A stretch of DNA of 64,000 nucleotides from an uncultured Muribaculaceae bacterium. Its GTDB lineage: Bacteria; Bacteroidota; Bacteroidia; Bacteroidales; Muribaculaceae. Below the pieces are notes generated by a model. It ran no database searches, was not told the DNA's origin, and saw only the letters and a list, made by a program, of their open reading frames with translations. Location: positions 22,567 to 86,566 of the forward strand of contig CALUMJ010000003.1 in NCBI GenBank assembly GCA_944321715.1, in the 5' to 3' direction. Every line of letters begins with the position of its first letter. The stretch's first letter is position 1. The position numbers and the translations under genes were made by a program. This document shows, piece by piece, positions 38,396 to 47,704 of this stretch.

Positions 38396-40081
38396 CTACC
38401 GCACGAGTATTTTTATAGGAGTGCGGTGCTGTTTGGTGGTGACTATGTAAGCTCCGTAGGGGAGTGTAATCATTGTACCGTTTTCCACGGTGGGTATTGA
38501 GCGTACAAGTTGTCCGCTTATGTTGTATATGCGGCAACCGGTGTGCGGCTCGTTGCATGTGAAGCGCACCAATTGGCCATCGTAGGTTGTCACGGCAAGT
38601 GGGCTGTTGGCTGTAGTCAGCCCGACGCTCGATGTACCGACGGTGATGGTGTTTGATGGGTCGGAGAAATAGCCGAGGCGGCTCGATTGCACATAGTAGG
38701 TGTGTGTGTCGCCTGGCTGCATGTCGTCAAAGTCCAAGTAGTTTTCTTCCGATTGTTCGGTGGTTGTGGTGGCCGAGCCGTTGCTGCCGTAGATGGTGCG
38801 TGTTACCACGTAGTAGTCGATAGTTTCGCCCTCGGGAGCGGCATCCCATTGAGCGCGGTATGATGTTTCTGTGACATTTGTGGCAGGGCGGGCGGTGAGC
38901 GTCGAAAGCGACGGAACAGGCAAGCACGACCCCGACAGCGATACGCCTACGCTCCCGGTAATGCCGCCGTCATATACCGACAGGCGGGCAGAGTGCGTGC
39001 CCACCGACGTGGGCGAATATGTGATGCGTAACTGGAATCCGGTTGCCGAATTGGCGTTTGCGGCGGGTATTGAGGTTGCCGCAGCCTTGAACAAGCTGCG
39101 GTCGTTGCCATAAATAGCCACCGACAAGTTGCTTGTCAATCCTTCGCCCTTGACGTAAAGGTCAACGCTCTGCGACGACCCCACGGCCACATCGCCGAAG
39201 TTGAGTTCGCTGTCTTGCGTAGGGCTTATCAGCACAGGGTCGCCCTCGTAATGCTCCACGCTATACGCTTCGCCTTGGCGGTCGCCCCAGATGTATTCGG
39301 CCAGTTCGGGGTCGTCCACGAACGGGTTGCGGTTGCCTTGTATTGAGTACACGGCATCATTGCGGTCTATTTCTTTCTGGCTCACTGGGTCGTTGCGCGA
39401 CCAGTCGAGCAGCAGTTCCATTGCCCAGTCGCGCAGCGACAGGTATGTGTTGTTGGTGAACATGTAGGTGTAACGCCACGTGTAATCTTGGTAGCACGTT
39501 ACCATGTAGAAGTAAATGCGTGCGAAGTCGCCTTTGTACTCGTCGTCGGGTTCAAACACCCTTGATGAGCCACCCCCTTGTCCCGACACGGGCAATCCCA
39601 CGGTGCTTGTGCCGTTGCTGAATGTGACGTTTGAGTCGTCCACTTCGCCCAACGGGTAGTTTGATTTTGCCATGTTGGCATCTCCGTCAGAGGGAAGAAT
39701 GTGCATTATGTCGGTGCCGGCAGGGAAGTTGTAGATGGCATCGTTGCCCGACCCCCACCAGCTCTTAGGCACAGAATGCTCGCGGTTGAGTCCGCGTGTG
39801 CCGCCGTAGTAGTAATACTGCTGGTTGTTCCAGTTGTCGGAATACATGTCCCACACGAGCAGCCGGCCGTTCACTTCTTCGGGATATGCGTCGGTTTCGG
39901 GGTAGTAGTCCCACAGGCTGTTGTAACTGAGTCGCGTGTGCGAGTGGATTATTTCGCATAACTGGTCTTTCAATGATTGGTTGCGAAGTCCGTCGAGCGA
40001 GTTGTAATATCCAGCTGGGATTTCGGCCGCTGCTGGTAGTACAGCCGCAAGTAGCATTATTGCAAGGTGATTTTTGTACAT
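38396..40081 (-). CDS. secreted endonuclease I family nuclease with a T9SS C-terminal sorting domain
   Basis: Endonuclease_1 motifs NREHSVPKSWW, HILPSDGDANMAKSNYPLG and FEPDDEYKGDFARIYFYM. These are followed by Ig/Fn3-like spacers and a CTD. ATG 40081 is preferred because a -7 box overlaps the ATG at 40111. Confidence 0.85.
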   Translation of the reverse strand: MYKNHLAIMLLAAVLPAAAEIPAGYYNSLDGLRNQSLKDQLCEIIHSHTRLSYNSLWDYYPETDAYPEEVNGRLLVWDMYSDNWNNQQYYYYGGTRGLNREHSVPKSWWGSGNDAIYNFPAGTDIMHILPSDGDANMAKSNYPLGEVDDSNVTFSNGTSTVGLPVSGQGGGSSRVFEPDDEYKGDFARIYFYMVTCYQDYTWRYTYMFTNNTYLSLRDWAMELLLDWSRNDPVSQKEIDRNDAVYSIQGNRNPFVDDPELAEYIWGDRQGEAYSVEHYEGDPVLISPTQDSELNFGDVAVGSSQSVDLYVKGEGLTSNLSVAIYGNDRSLFKAAATSIPAANANSATGFQLRITYSPTSVGTHSARLSVYDGGITGSVGVSLSGSCLPVPSLSTLTARPATNVTETSYRAQWDAAPEGETIDYYVVTRTIYGSNGSATTTTEQSEENYLDFDDMQPGDTHTYYVQSSRLGYFSDPSNTITVGTSSVGLTTANSPLAVTTYDGQLVRFTCNEPHTGCRIYNISGQLVRSIPTVENGTMITLPYGAYIVTTKQHRTPIKILVR

Positions 40082-40108
40082 AAAGGTAACGTGAGTTTTT
40101 GCAATTTG

Positions 40109-40116
40109 CAAAATTA
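40109..40116 (-). promoter_or_regulatory. candidate -7 box (TAATTTTG) for the endonuclease I gene
   Basis: Overlaps the ATG at 40111 and lies 28 nt upstream of ATG 40081. Confidence 0.4.
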
Positions 40117-40189
40117 GCTAAAAAAGCCCTGCAAGGTGATTGCAAGGCAGTTAAAAAAATGCAAAGTGGTTGATTTACAAAAAAGTTGT

Positions 40190-43120
40190 TCACAGCATCA
40201 TGCCGCGGCGCATTCCTCTCGGGGGGCCGCCGGCTCCGCGGCGATGGCTGCCCGGGCCGCGGCCGTCGTAGTTCACAGGAGGTTCGTCGCCGCCATTGCC
40301 GCTGAATGTGGTGAAACGGTAGGTAAATGTGAACATGGCATAACGTGTGATGGCGTTGTACTCGCTATCCTCGATGTAGCTCGCATTGATGGTGCGGCTG
40401 ATGTTCTGGCGTTGGTGCAGCAGGTCATATACCTTTGCCGTGATTGTTGCCGCCTTGTTTTTGAGGAACTGGTAGGAAATTGATGCGTTCCACAGCCATT
40501 GATTGGTGTCGTATCCGTCGCTGTAGCCCTGTGTGCCGCTATACGTGAGGTCGGTGTTGAACACCAGCCCGAACGGCGTGTAGTATGCCCCATTGAACAT
40601 TCCGCCGTAACTGTGTATTGTGCGGTCGTTCTGCGATTGCACGGTGTTGTGGGTGATTTGCACGTTGTAGTTGGGGCGTAATTCAAGTTGCACGGCATCG
40701 GTGTTGAAACGTATTCCTGGTGCCAGGTTTATCGAGAACGAGCCGCTGCGGTTGTATTGGCTGTTGTTGTAGCCCACTGTGTTGGAGTACCGCAGCGATG
40801 CCATCGACGAGAAATACCAGCTCTTGTTTCGCAGCGGCAGGCTTGCCATTCCCATCAGGTTGGCGTTCCACACGCCGTTGACATTCTCGTAGGTGGTTAC
40901 CTGTCCGCCAGTCTGTGAGTCGTAGTCGGTGGTAGATATGATGCTGTTTGTGGCAAACTGCACGTTTGCCATTGCCATTATGCTGCGTTGCCTTTCTTGG
41001 TTGAAGTCGCTGTAACGCAGGTTGATGCGTTGTGTGAATGTGGGTTTCAAATCGGGGTTTCCGACAACGATGCGCAATGGGTTAGACACGTCGGCCACTG
41101 GCTGCAATTGTGTAAGCGATGGCTGCGACGAACGCGCACGATAGTCGAACGACAATGAGCGCGACTGGTTCATCTTGAACCGTATGCGGGCGTATGGAGC
41201 CACGTTCCACACCCAGCGAGTGGCAATGTTGCGGTCGGCGTTGATGAGGTCTTCGCTGCTCGACATCGATGAATTGACCATTGCACCCACGTCTAAGTTA
41301 TAGTTGTTGCGCACTTGCTTGAAGCCTATTTGCAGCGATTGGTTGAAGTAATTGTTGCGGAAACGGTTGCTCTGCTCTTCGTTGAGTTCGGGTTGCAACT
41401 CGTCTTGCACTATTTGTGTGAGCATTGTGGGGTTGGTCCAAGCCAGCGAGCCATATTCTTCGATTACAGCCCGCTTGAAAGCCGGGTCGCCGAGCATCGA
41501 CAGCAATGCGCTATTGGCAGCCGATGTGCCTGTTGCCTGCGCAACGAGGTCATATACATACTTGTCGGCGTTATTGAAGCGATATTGGGCGTTGTAGGAG
41601 AATGTGAGAAACCGCGCATTCTTGACGTTGCCCAATGGTTCGGTCCATGTGAGCCGCCCTTGCACGTTGTTGCTCCACTGGTGGTTGTCGTATATTTGGT
41701 TGATGTTCTCGTCTTCGCCGCTTACGAGGTAATACGTGTTGTCGGTGTATGTGCTGCCGTTCTCCTTGGTGTCGCTGAACTGGTAGTTGAGGCTTGCGCT
41801 GTAGCTGCGTCCGGGGTGGCTGCGGAATTTGTGGTTGAATATGAGCCGTCCGCTAAATTCATAGCTTGTGCCGTCGTTGATTTTGTTGCTGATGCTGCGG
41901 TTTACAAGCGAGCGGGCTGCATCGCCGGCGCGAGTGGCCGAGCTGTCGGCACTTTCCGAGTCGCTGAAGCTGATGTTGAAACGCGGGCGGAATTCGAGTG
42001 TCGAGAATGAGTCGATTTCCCATTTCAGGCGGAAGTTGCCCGAGATGTTGTGTCCGCGGTCGCGCGAGGTGCCGGCAGCATCGTAGTATGAAGTGGAGTC
42101 GGTGAAGAGGTATTGCCGGTTGCTGCTATTGCGGCTGTCGCGGTCGCTGTGTGAGTAGAACAGGTCGCCGCCTATGCGCAATTTCTCTTCGGTCCCGACG
42201 GCGAAGTTAAGGCCTATTGACTGTGTGGAGCTGATGCCGTTTGAGCCGCCAAAGCGTGTGAACCGCGATGCTCCGCGGTCGGTAAATCCCATTTCGTTAG
42301 TGTTGTTGGCGCTTCCGAGAATCGAGAATTGGTTTTTGTCGCGGAAGTAATTCACCATGAAGTTGCCCGTATATCGGTCGTCGGTTCCATATCCACCCGT
42401 GAAATTGCCGAACCACCCGTTTTTCATGCCCTTTTTCACAGTGAGGTTGATAACTGTTTCGTCCTCGCCGTCGTCCACGCCGGTGAGCCGTGCGAGGTCG
42501 CTTTTCCGGTCGATGACCTGCAGCTTGTCCACAATGTTCACGGGCAGGTTTTTCAAGGCCACTTTGGGGTCGTCCGAAAAGAATTCTTCGCCGTCAACGA
42601 GTATTTTTGTGATTTCCTTGCCGTTGGCAGTTATTTTGCCCTCGCTGTCAACTTCTACGCCTGGGAGTCGTTTCAGCAAGTCTTCGACCACGGCATTGGG
42701 CTGCGTGCGGTATGAATCGGCATTGTATTCGATAGTGTCTTCTTTCACCACTATTTCGGTTTTTACGCCCACGACAGTCGTTTCGGCAAGCAATATGCTG
42801 CTCTCGTTCATGGCTATTTTCCCCATGTTGATGTTTGAGCCTTTCATTTCGATGTCTTTCACCAATGTTTCATATCCGAGGAATGTGAAACTGACGATGT
42901 ACTTCCCTCGCGTCACGCTATTAAACTTGAATGTACCGTCGCTGGTAGCCGATGCAGCTGCCACGAATGTGCTGTCGGCATTGTTGCGCATGAGTTTTAC
43001 CGAAGCCCCAGCGAGTGGCGACTGGTCGGTGCCCGACACTATAGTGCCGCTCACCACTGCGGCGGCTACTGTGATGTTTGCCAATAGAATCAAACCTGCT
43101 ATGGCCCAAAAATGTTTCAT
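40190..43120 (-). CDS. outer membrane beta-barrel family protein (CarbopepD_reg plus plug-like plus OMP_b-brl_3 type)
   Basis: 976 aa. Signal peptide, the VSGTIV...GASV regulatory-like domain and a long barrel. The FTFTYRF beta-signal is followed by a Gly/Pro/Arg-rich tail. Confidence 0.85.
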   Translation of the reverse strand: MKHFWAIAGLILLANITVAAAVVSGTIVSGTDQSPLAGASVKLMRNNADSTFVAAASATSDGTFKFNSVTRGKYIVSFTFLGYETLVKDIEMKGSNINMGKIAMNESSILLAETTVVGVKTEIVVKEDTIEYNADSYRTQPNAVVEDLLKRLPGVEVDSEGKITANGKEITKILVDGEEFFSDDPKVALKNLPVNIVDKLQVIDRKSDLARLTGVDDGEDETVINLTVKKGMKNGWFGNFTGGYGTDDRYTGNFMVNYFRDKNQFSILGSANNTNEMGFTDRGASRFTRFGGSNGISSTQSIGLNFAVGTEEKLRIGGDLFYSHSDRDSRNSSNRQYLFTDSTSYYDAAGTSRDRGHNISGNFRLKWEIDSFSTLEFRPRFNISFSDSESADSSATRAGDAARSLVNRSISNKINDGTSYEFSGRLIFNHKFRSHPGRSYSASLNYQFSDTKENGSTYTDNTYYLVSGEDENINQIYDNHQWSNNVQGRLTWTEPLGNVKNARFLTFSYNAQYRFNNADKYVYDLVAQATGTSAANSALLSMLGDPAFKRAVIEEYGSLAWTNPTMLTQIVQDELQPELNEEQSNRFRNNYFNQSLQIGFKQVRNNYNLDVGAMVNSSMSSSEDLINADRNIATRWVWNVAPYARIRFKMNQSRSLSFDYRARSSQPSLTQLQPVADVSNPLRIVVGNPDLKPTFTQRINLRYSDFNQERQRSIMAMANVQFATNSIISTTDYDSQTGGQVTTYENVNGVWNANLMGMASLPLRNKSWYFSSMASLRYSNTVGYNNSQYNRSGSFSINLAPGIRFNTDAVQLELRPNYNVQITHNTVQSQNDRTIHSYGGMFNGAYYTPFGLVFNTDLTYSGTQGYSDGYDTNQWLWNASISYQFLKNKAATITAKVYDLLHQRQNISRTINASYIEDSEYNAITRYAMFTFTYRFTTFSGNGGDEPPVNYDGRGPGSHRRGAGGPPRGMRRGMML

Positions 43121-43256
43121 CTCGACTTATGTTATATCAAATTACAAAGCAAATTTGTGCGATACCACAGCGTGCCGTTGGTAATAATGTCGGCAATTGT
43201 GGCATCGCCAATACAGTTTTTTAGATGCAGATTTAGCGGCAAAGTTTAATTGTACT

Positions 43257-43264
43257 TATCTTTG
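43257..43264 (+). promoter_or_regulatory. candidate -7 box (TATCTTTG) for the ABC exporter-purN pair
   Basis: 29 nt upstream of ATG 43293. Confidence 0.45.
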
Positions 43265-43292
43265 CAAAATGTTACCACTACAATTTTAAACG

Positions 43293-45119
43293 ATGAAAGA
43301 TTTTCTGTTACTGGCCAAACGATTTATATCGCCGTATAAAAAATATCTCGTATTGAATATTTTTTTCAATATCTTGTCGGCTTTTCTCACTCTGTTTTCG
43401 TTTGCTATAATCATACCCATACTTGAAATGCTGTTTCGCATCAGCCCGAGCCACTATGAGTACATGGCATGGGGCGACGGCGAGCTGAACGATGTGGTGG
43501 TTAACAATTTTTATTACTATACGCAAGAGGTTATTGCCAGTTATGGGCAGTCGGTTGCACTTGCCGCATTAGCCGCATTGCTCGTGGTGATGACAATGTT
43601 CAAGACCGGTACGGCCTATCTGAGCGCATTCTTCAGCGTACCTATACGCACGGGTGTGGTGCGGGATATGCGCAACCTGATTTACGACAAAATGGTATCG
43701 CTGCCGATGGGCTTCTTCACTGCCGAGCGCAAGGGCGACGTGATGGCTCGCATTAGCGGCGATGTCACCGAGGTTGAGAACTCCATAACCTCGTCGATTA
43801 ACATGCTGTTCAAGAATCCCATCATGATAATAGCGTGCCTTGCGACAATGATAATGGTAAGTTGGCAGCTCACAGTGTTTGTGCTTGTGCTGCTTCCGAT
43901 TGCCGGGTATTTCATGGGCAAGGTGGGCAAGAACCTCAAACGGGCTTCGCTCGAAGGGCAGACGCAATGGGGCGTGTTGCTATCCAATATCGAGGAAACG
44001 CTCGGCGGCTTGCGCATAGTGAAGGCATTCAATGCCGAGAAGAAAGTCAGCGGCCGCTTCAAACGCGAAAACGAGAAGTTTGTGCGCATATCCAACCGCA
44101 TGAACCGACGCTATGAGCTTGCGCACCCCATGAGTGAGTTCCTTGGCACACTCACCATTGCCATTGTGCTGTGGTTTGGCGGGTCGCTTATCCTCTCGGG
44201 GTCGAGTACCATCAGTGCGGCAAAGTTTATCTACTACATGGTGATTTTCTACTCAATCATCAATCCGGCCAAGGACTTGTCGAAGGCTGTGTATTCGATA
44301 CAGCGCGGAATGGCATCGATGACACGCATCGACATGATATTGAATGCCGACAATCCCATCAAAGACCCTGCCGAGCCTAAACCAGTTCCTGCTGCAAAGC
44401 CGTCAATCAGCTATCGTGGCGTGAGCTTCAAGTATTCGCAAAACTGGGTGGTAAAAAACGTGTCGCTCGAAATACCGTTTGGTCACACTGTCGCGCTCGT
44501 GGGGCAATCGGGGTCGGGGAAATCGACACTCGCCGACCTGCTGCCGCGTTTTTATGATGTCAACGAGGGGGAGATTACCATCAATGGCACCGACATTCGC
44601 CAGTTGCGGGTGCGCGATTTGCGTTCGCTCATGGGTAATGTCAACCAAGAGGCAATATTGTTTAACGACACGTTCTACAATAATATCACATTCGGCGTGG
44701 AGAATGCCACTCGTGAGCAAGTGGAGGAGGCGGCACGCATTGCCAACGCATACGATTTCATCATGGACACCGAGGAAGGGTTTGATACCAACATCGGCGA
44801 CCGTGGCTGCCGATTGTCGGGCGGACAACGGCAACGCATAAGCATTGCGCGCGCAATATTGAAGAACCCCCCAATCTTGATACTCGACGAAGCCACGTCG
44901 GCTCTCGACACCGAGAGTGAACGTTCGGTGCAGGAAGCATTAGACCGGTTGATGAAAGACCGCACGACACTCGTCATAGCACACCGTCTATCGACAATAC
45001 GCAACGCCGACCTTATATGCGTCATGCACGAGGGCGAGATTGTGGAACGTGGGACCCACGACCAACTTATAGCTCTCAACGGCCATTATAAGCGACTCGT
45101 TGATATGCAAAAATTCTAA
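43293..45119 (+). CDS. ABC transporter permease/ATPase fusion (MsbA-like exporter)
   Basis: Six-TM domain, Walker A GQSGSGKST, signature LSGGQRQR, Walker B ILILDEATS. Confidence 0.9.
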   Translation: MKDFLLLAKRFISPYKKYLVLNIFFNILSAFLTLFSFAIIIPILEMLFRISPSHYEYMAWGDGELNDVVVNNFYYYTQEVIASYGQSVALAALAALLVVMTMFKTGTAYLSAFFSVPIRTGVVRDMRNLIYDKMVSLPMGFFTAERKGDVMARISGDVTEVENSITSSINMLFKNPIMIIACLATMIMVSWQLTVFVLVLLPIAGYFMGKVGKNLKRASLEGQTQWGVLLSNIEETLGGLRIVKAFNAEKKVSGRFKRENEKFVRISNRMNRRYELAHPMSEFLGTLTIAIVLWFGGSLILSGSSTISAAKFIYYMVIFYSIINPAKDLSKAVYSIQRGMASMTRIDMILNADNPIKDPAEPKPVPAAKPSISYRGVSFKYSQNWVVKNVSLEIPFGHTVALVGQSGSGKSTLADLLPRFYDVNEGEITINGTDIRQLRVRDLRSLMGNVNQEAILFNDTFYNNITFGVENATREQVEEAARIANAYDFIMDTEEGFDTNIGDRGCRLSGGQRQRISIARAILKNPPILILDEATSALDTESERSVQEALDRLMKDRTTLVIAHRLSTIRNADLICVMHEGEIVERGTHDQLIALNGHYKRLVDMQKF

Positions 45120-45125
45120 TCAATC

Positions 45126-45695
45126 ATGGTGAATATCGTAATTTTCGCATCGGGCAATGGCACTAATGCCGAGAACATAGCCCGCTATTTTGCAGGGAGC
45201 GGCAGTGTGAGGGTTGCTGCGTTGTTTACTGGGAATCCACATGCAGGCGCAATTGAGCGTATGAGCCGTTATGGCGTGCCGTGCCGCATTTTCACGCGCG
45301 AGCAGTGGAATTGCCCCACCGACGTGGTTGACGAGCTCAGACGGCTTGATACGCGCCTTGTCGTGCTTGCCGGGTTTCTTAGCATGGTGCGCAAGCCCAT
45401 AATTGATGCCGTTGGCGGTAATATCGTCAACATACACCCGTCGCTGCTGCCTCGGCATGGAGGCAAGGGAATGTGGGGGATGAATGTACACCGGGCGGTG
45501 CTTGAAGCTGGCGACGGCGAGAGCGGCATAACCATACACTACGTGACCGATGTGGTCGATGGCGGTTCGATAATATGCCAACGTCGCTGCCCGGTATTGC
45601 CCGGCGATACTCCCGAAACGCTTGCCGAGCGTGTGCACCAGCTTGAATACGAAACTTTCCCGGCTGTTATCGAACAACTTGCCATGGATTTGTAG
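45126..45695 (+). CDS. purN: phosphoribosylglycinamide formyltransferase
   Basis: 189 aa. IVIFASGNGTN and NIHPSLLP motifs. Confidence 0.93.
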   Translation: MVNIVIFASGNGTNAENIARYFAGSGSVRVAALFTGNPHAGAIERMSRYGVPCRIFTREQWNCPTDVVDELRRLDTRLVVLAGFLSMVRKPIIDAVGGNIVNIHPSLLPRHGGKGMWGMNVHRAVLEAGDGESGITIHYVTDVVDGGSIICQRRCPVLPGDTPETLAERVHQLEYETFPAVIEQLAMDL

Positions 45696-45706
45696 CCGGG
45701 TATCAG

Positions 45707-45949
45707 TCAAAGACTTACAAGGACTTCGTCGTGTGCCGATGCGGCATATATGCTATCAGTGGCAGATGTGTCGGGTTGGCTTTTGATATTGTTGTTGTCG
45801 CCATCAATCAGCGACACGCAATCGGCAATTGTAAATTCCACCTGTTGCGACGACTTATTGGCAACCATGGTTATTCCTATAGTCAACGACAGTGCCAGTG
45901 TGGAATATGCGATACATTTTTTCAACATAACGAAAATTATTTTCTCCAT
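45707..45949 (-). CDS. hypothetical small secreted protein
   Basis: 80-aa ORF with a signal-peptide-like N-terminus. No homology recognised. Confidence 0.35.
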   Translation of the reverse strand: MEKIIFVMLKKCIAYSTLALSLTIGITMVANKSSQQVEFTIADCVSLIDGDNNNIKSQPDTSATDSIYAASAHDEVLVSL

Positions 45950-46008
45950 AAACCCGTGAATGCTGCAAACCTTGCATCGGTTTGTCGTTTTTTTTTATCA
46001 AAACAATT

Positions 46009-47589
46009 ATGAGAATTAAGTTTTACACGGTTCTTGCGCTTATGGTATTGCCAGTTATGGTGCTTGCCAGCAGCTTCCCTGACAGTTTGCTATCTGTGAG
46101 CCATGTTTCACGGCACTTAGTCAGTGAATCTGTTGCGCCCGACAGTTGCGATGTCGCAAGGCTTGAAAAGAAGTCGTTTTGGCGGGCCTCGGCCGAAACT
46201 GTTGGGTTCAATATCGGCTTGTGGGCGTTCGACCGTTATGTGCAGAAAGGACATTACGCCTACATAAACTTTGGCACGATTAAAGAAAACTTTAAGCACG
46301 GGTTTGAATGGGACGACAACCACCTCAGTACCAATATGTTTGCGCACCCCTACAATGGCTCGCTTTTCTATAATGCCGGACGTTCCAACGGTTACAACTT
46401 TTGGCAATCCGAGCTGTTTGCCTTGGGCGGCAGCGCGATGTGGGAAATGTTCATGGAGTGTGAATACCCATCGACCAACGACATCATTGCAACCCCGGTT
46501 GGAGGCGCGGCCATAGGCGAAGTTCTTTACCGCGCATCCGACCTTGTGCTTGACGACCGCATGACAGGCGGCAAACGCTTCGGGCGTGAGTTGGCGGCAT
46601 TCCTTATCTCGCCCATGCGTGGATTTACGCGAATCGTCACCGGGAGGGCTTGGGAGAAGCGGGCGACAACTGGCCGACGTTTCGGCGTTCCGCCCATCAG
46701 CGTGTCGATGTCGCTTGGCTCTCGAATGCTTGTGTTTCAAGACGATGGCAAACTTTCAAAGGTTGGGGCGGCAGCCCGCATCGACGTTGAATATGGCGAC
46801 CGTTTTGCGATGACTACCAAGGCTCCGTATGATTATTTCAGTTTGTTGCTTGAACTGAATGCGATGGAAACGCAGCCGTTGCTCAGCCGTGTCGAAATCA
46901 TCGGGCGGCTGCTGTCGCGTTCGTTGGTCGATACGCGCAAATGTGGCTTGTCGGTGGGGATGTACCAGCATTTCGACTATTTCGACTCCGATACCATCAG
47001 CGACGAGCCGCAGGACGACCCGTTGAAACCTTGCGTCGTGCCTTATAAGTTAGGTACGCCGGCTTCGGTGGGGGGCGGGTTGATGTTTCGCTATGCCACT
47101 ACTCCGCAATGGTCGTTTGATGCGTATCTTCATGCCAATGCGATAATACTCGGGGGTATTTTGAGTGATTATTACCGCCAATACCATCGTAACTACAACT
47201 GGGCTTCGGGATTTTCATTCAAGCTGGGTGTGCGTTGCAATCTCGGAAACAGATTTTCTATAAATATTGCAAACAGGTTCTACCAGTTGTACACATGGCA
47301 AGGATATGGCTATGACACCGATTGGTCGCTACTGCCCGAAGGGAAGCCTGTGAACGTGCAGGGCGATTATTCCAAAGCGCGTTTCAGCCACCTGGAATTT
47401 CGTACAGATTACAGATTGTGGAAAGGGTTATATGCTACGGTAGGGCTCGACTGGTATTATCGCAAGACTGTTTATACAGGCCGTCCGCATCCTATCGAAG
47501 TTAACGGCACGGTCATAGGAGGCTCGTCGCAGACTACAATCGACAGCCATCAGGCCGGAGTGCACCTGATGCTGACTTACGCCTTTTGA
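46009..47589 (+). CDS. DUF3943-family protein, paralog 1 (probable outer membrane barrel)
   Basis: Signal peptide from ATG 46009. FAHPYNGSLFYNAGRSNGY motif. C-terminus MLTYAF resembles a beta-signal. Confidence 0.75.
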   Translation: MRIKFYTVLALMVLPVMVLASSFPDSLLSVSHVSRHLVSESVAPDSCDVARLEKKSFWRASAETVGFNIGLWAFDRYVQKGHYAYINFGTIKENFKHGFEWDDNHLSTNMFAHPYNGSLFYNAGRSNGYNFWQSELFALGGSAMWEMFMECEYPSTNDIIATPVGGAAIGEVLYRASDLVLDDRMTGGKRFGRELAAFLISPMRGFTRIVTGRAWEKRATTGRRFGVPPISVSMSLGSRMLVFQDDGKLSKVGAAARIDVEYGDRFAMTTKAPYDYFSLLLELNAMETQPLLSRVEIIGRLLSRSLVDTRKCGLSVGMYQHFDYFDSDTISDEPQDDPLKPCVVPYKLGTPASVGGGLMFRYATTPQWSFDAYLHANAIILGGILSDYYRQYHRNYNWASGFSFKLGVRCNLGNRFSINIANRFYQLYTWQGYGYDTDWSLLPEGKPVNVQGDYSKARFSHLEFRTDYRLWKGLYATVGLDWYYRKTVYTGRPHPIEVNGTVIGGSSQTTIDSHQAGVHLMLTYAF

Positions 47590-47642
47590 GAGGTAATAGC
47601 CAATTATGTAGGATGATTTATTATAATTTATTCAATTCATAG

Positions 47643-47650
47643 TATCTTTG
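47643..47650 (+). promoter_or_regulatory. candidate -7 box (TATCTTTG) for DUF3943 paralog 2
   Basis: 55 nt upstream of ATG 47705. Confidence 0.4.
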
Positions 47651-47704
47651 CCAGCGTATAAGCATATTTAGATTTTACCAATTAGTGTGTTTCTTATATC
47701 AACT

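Noticed and set aside
38256-38558. 100-aa minus-strand ORF spanning the right-hand 27-bp repeat.
   Set aside because: It overlaps the 3' end of the endonuclease gene and the repeat or hairpin region. The composition is His/Arg/Thr-rich and no homology was recognised.
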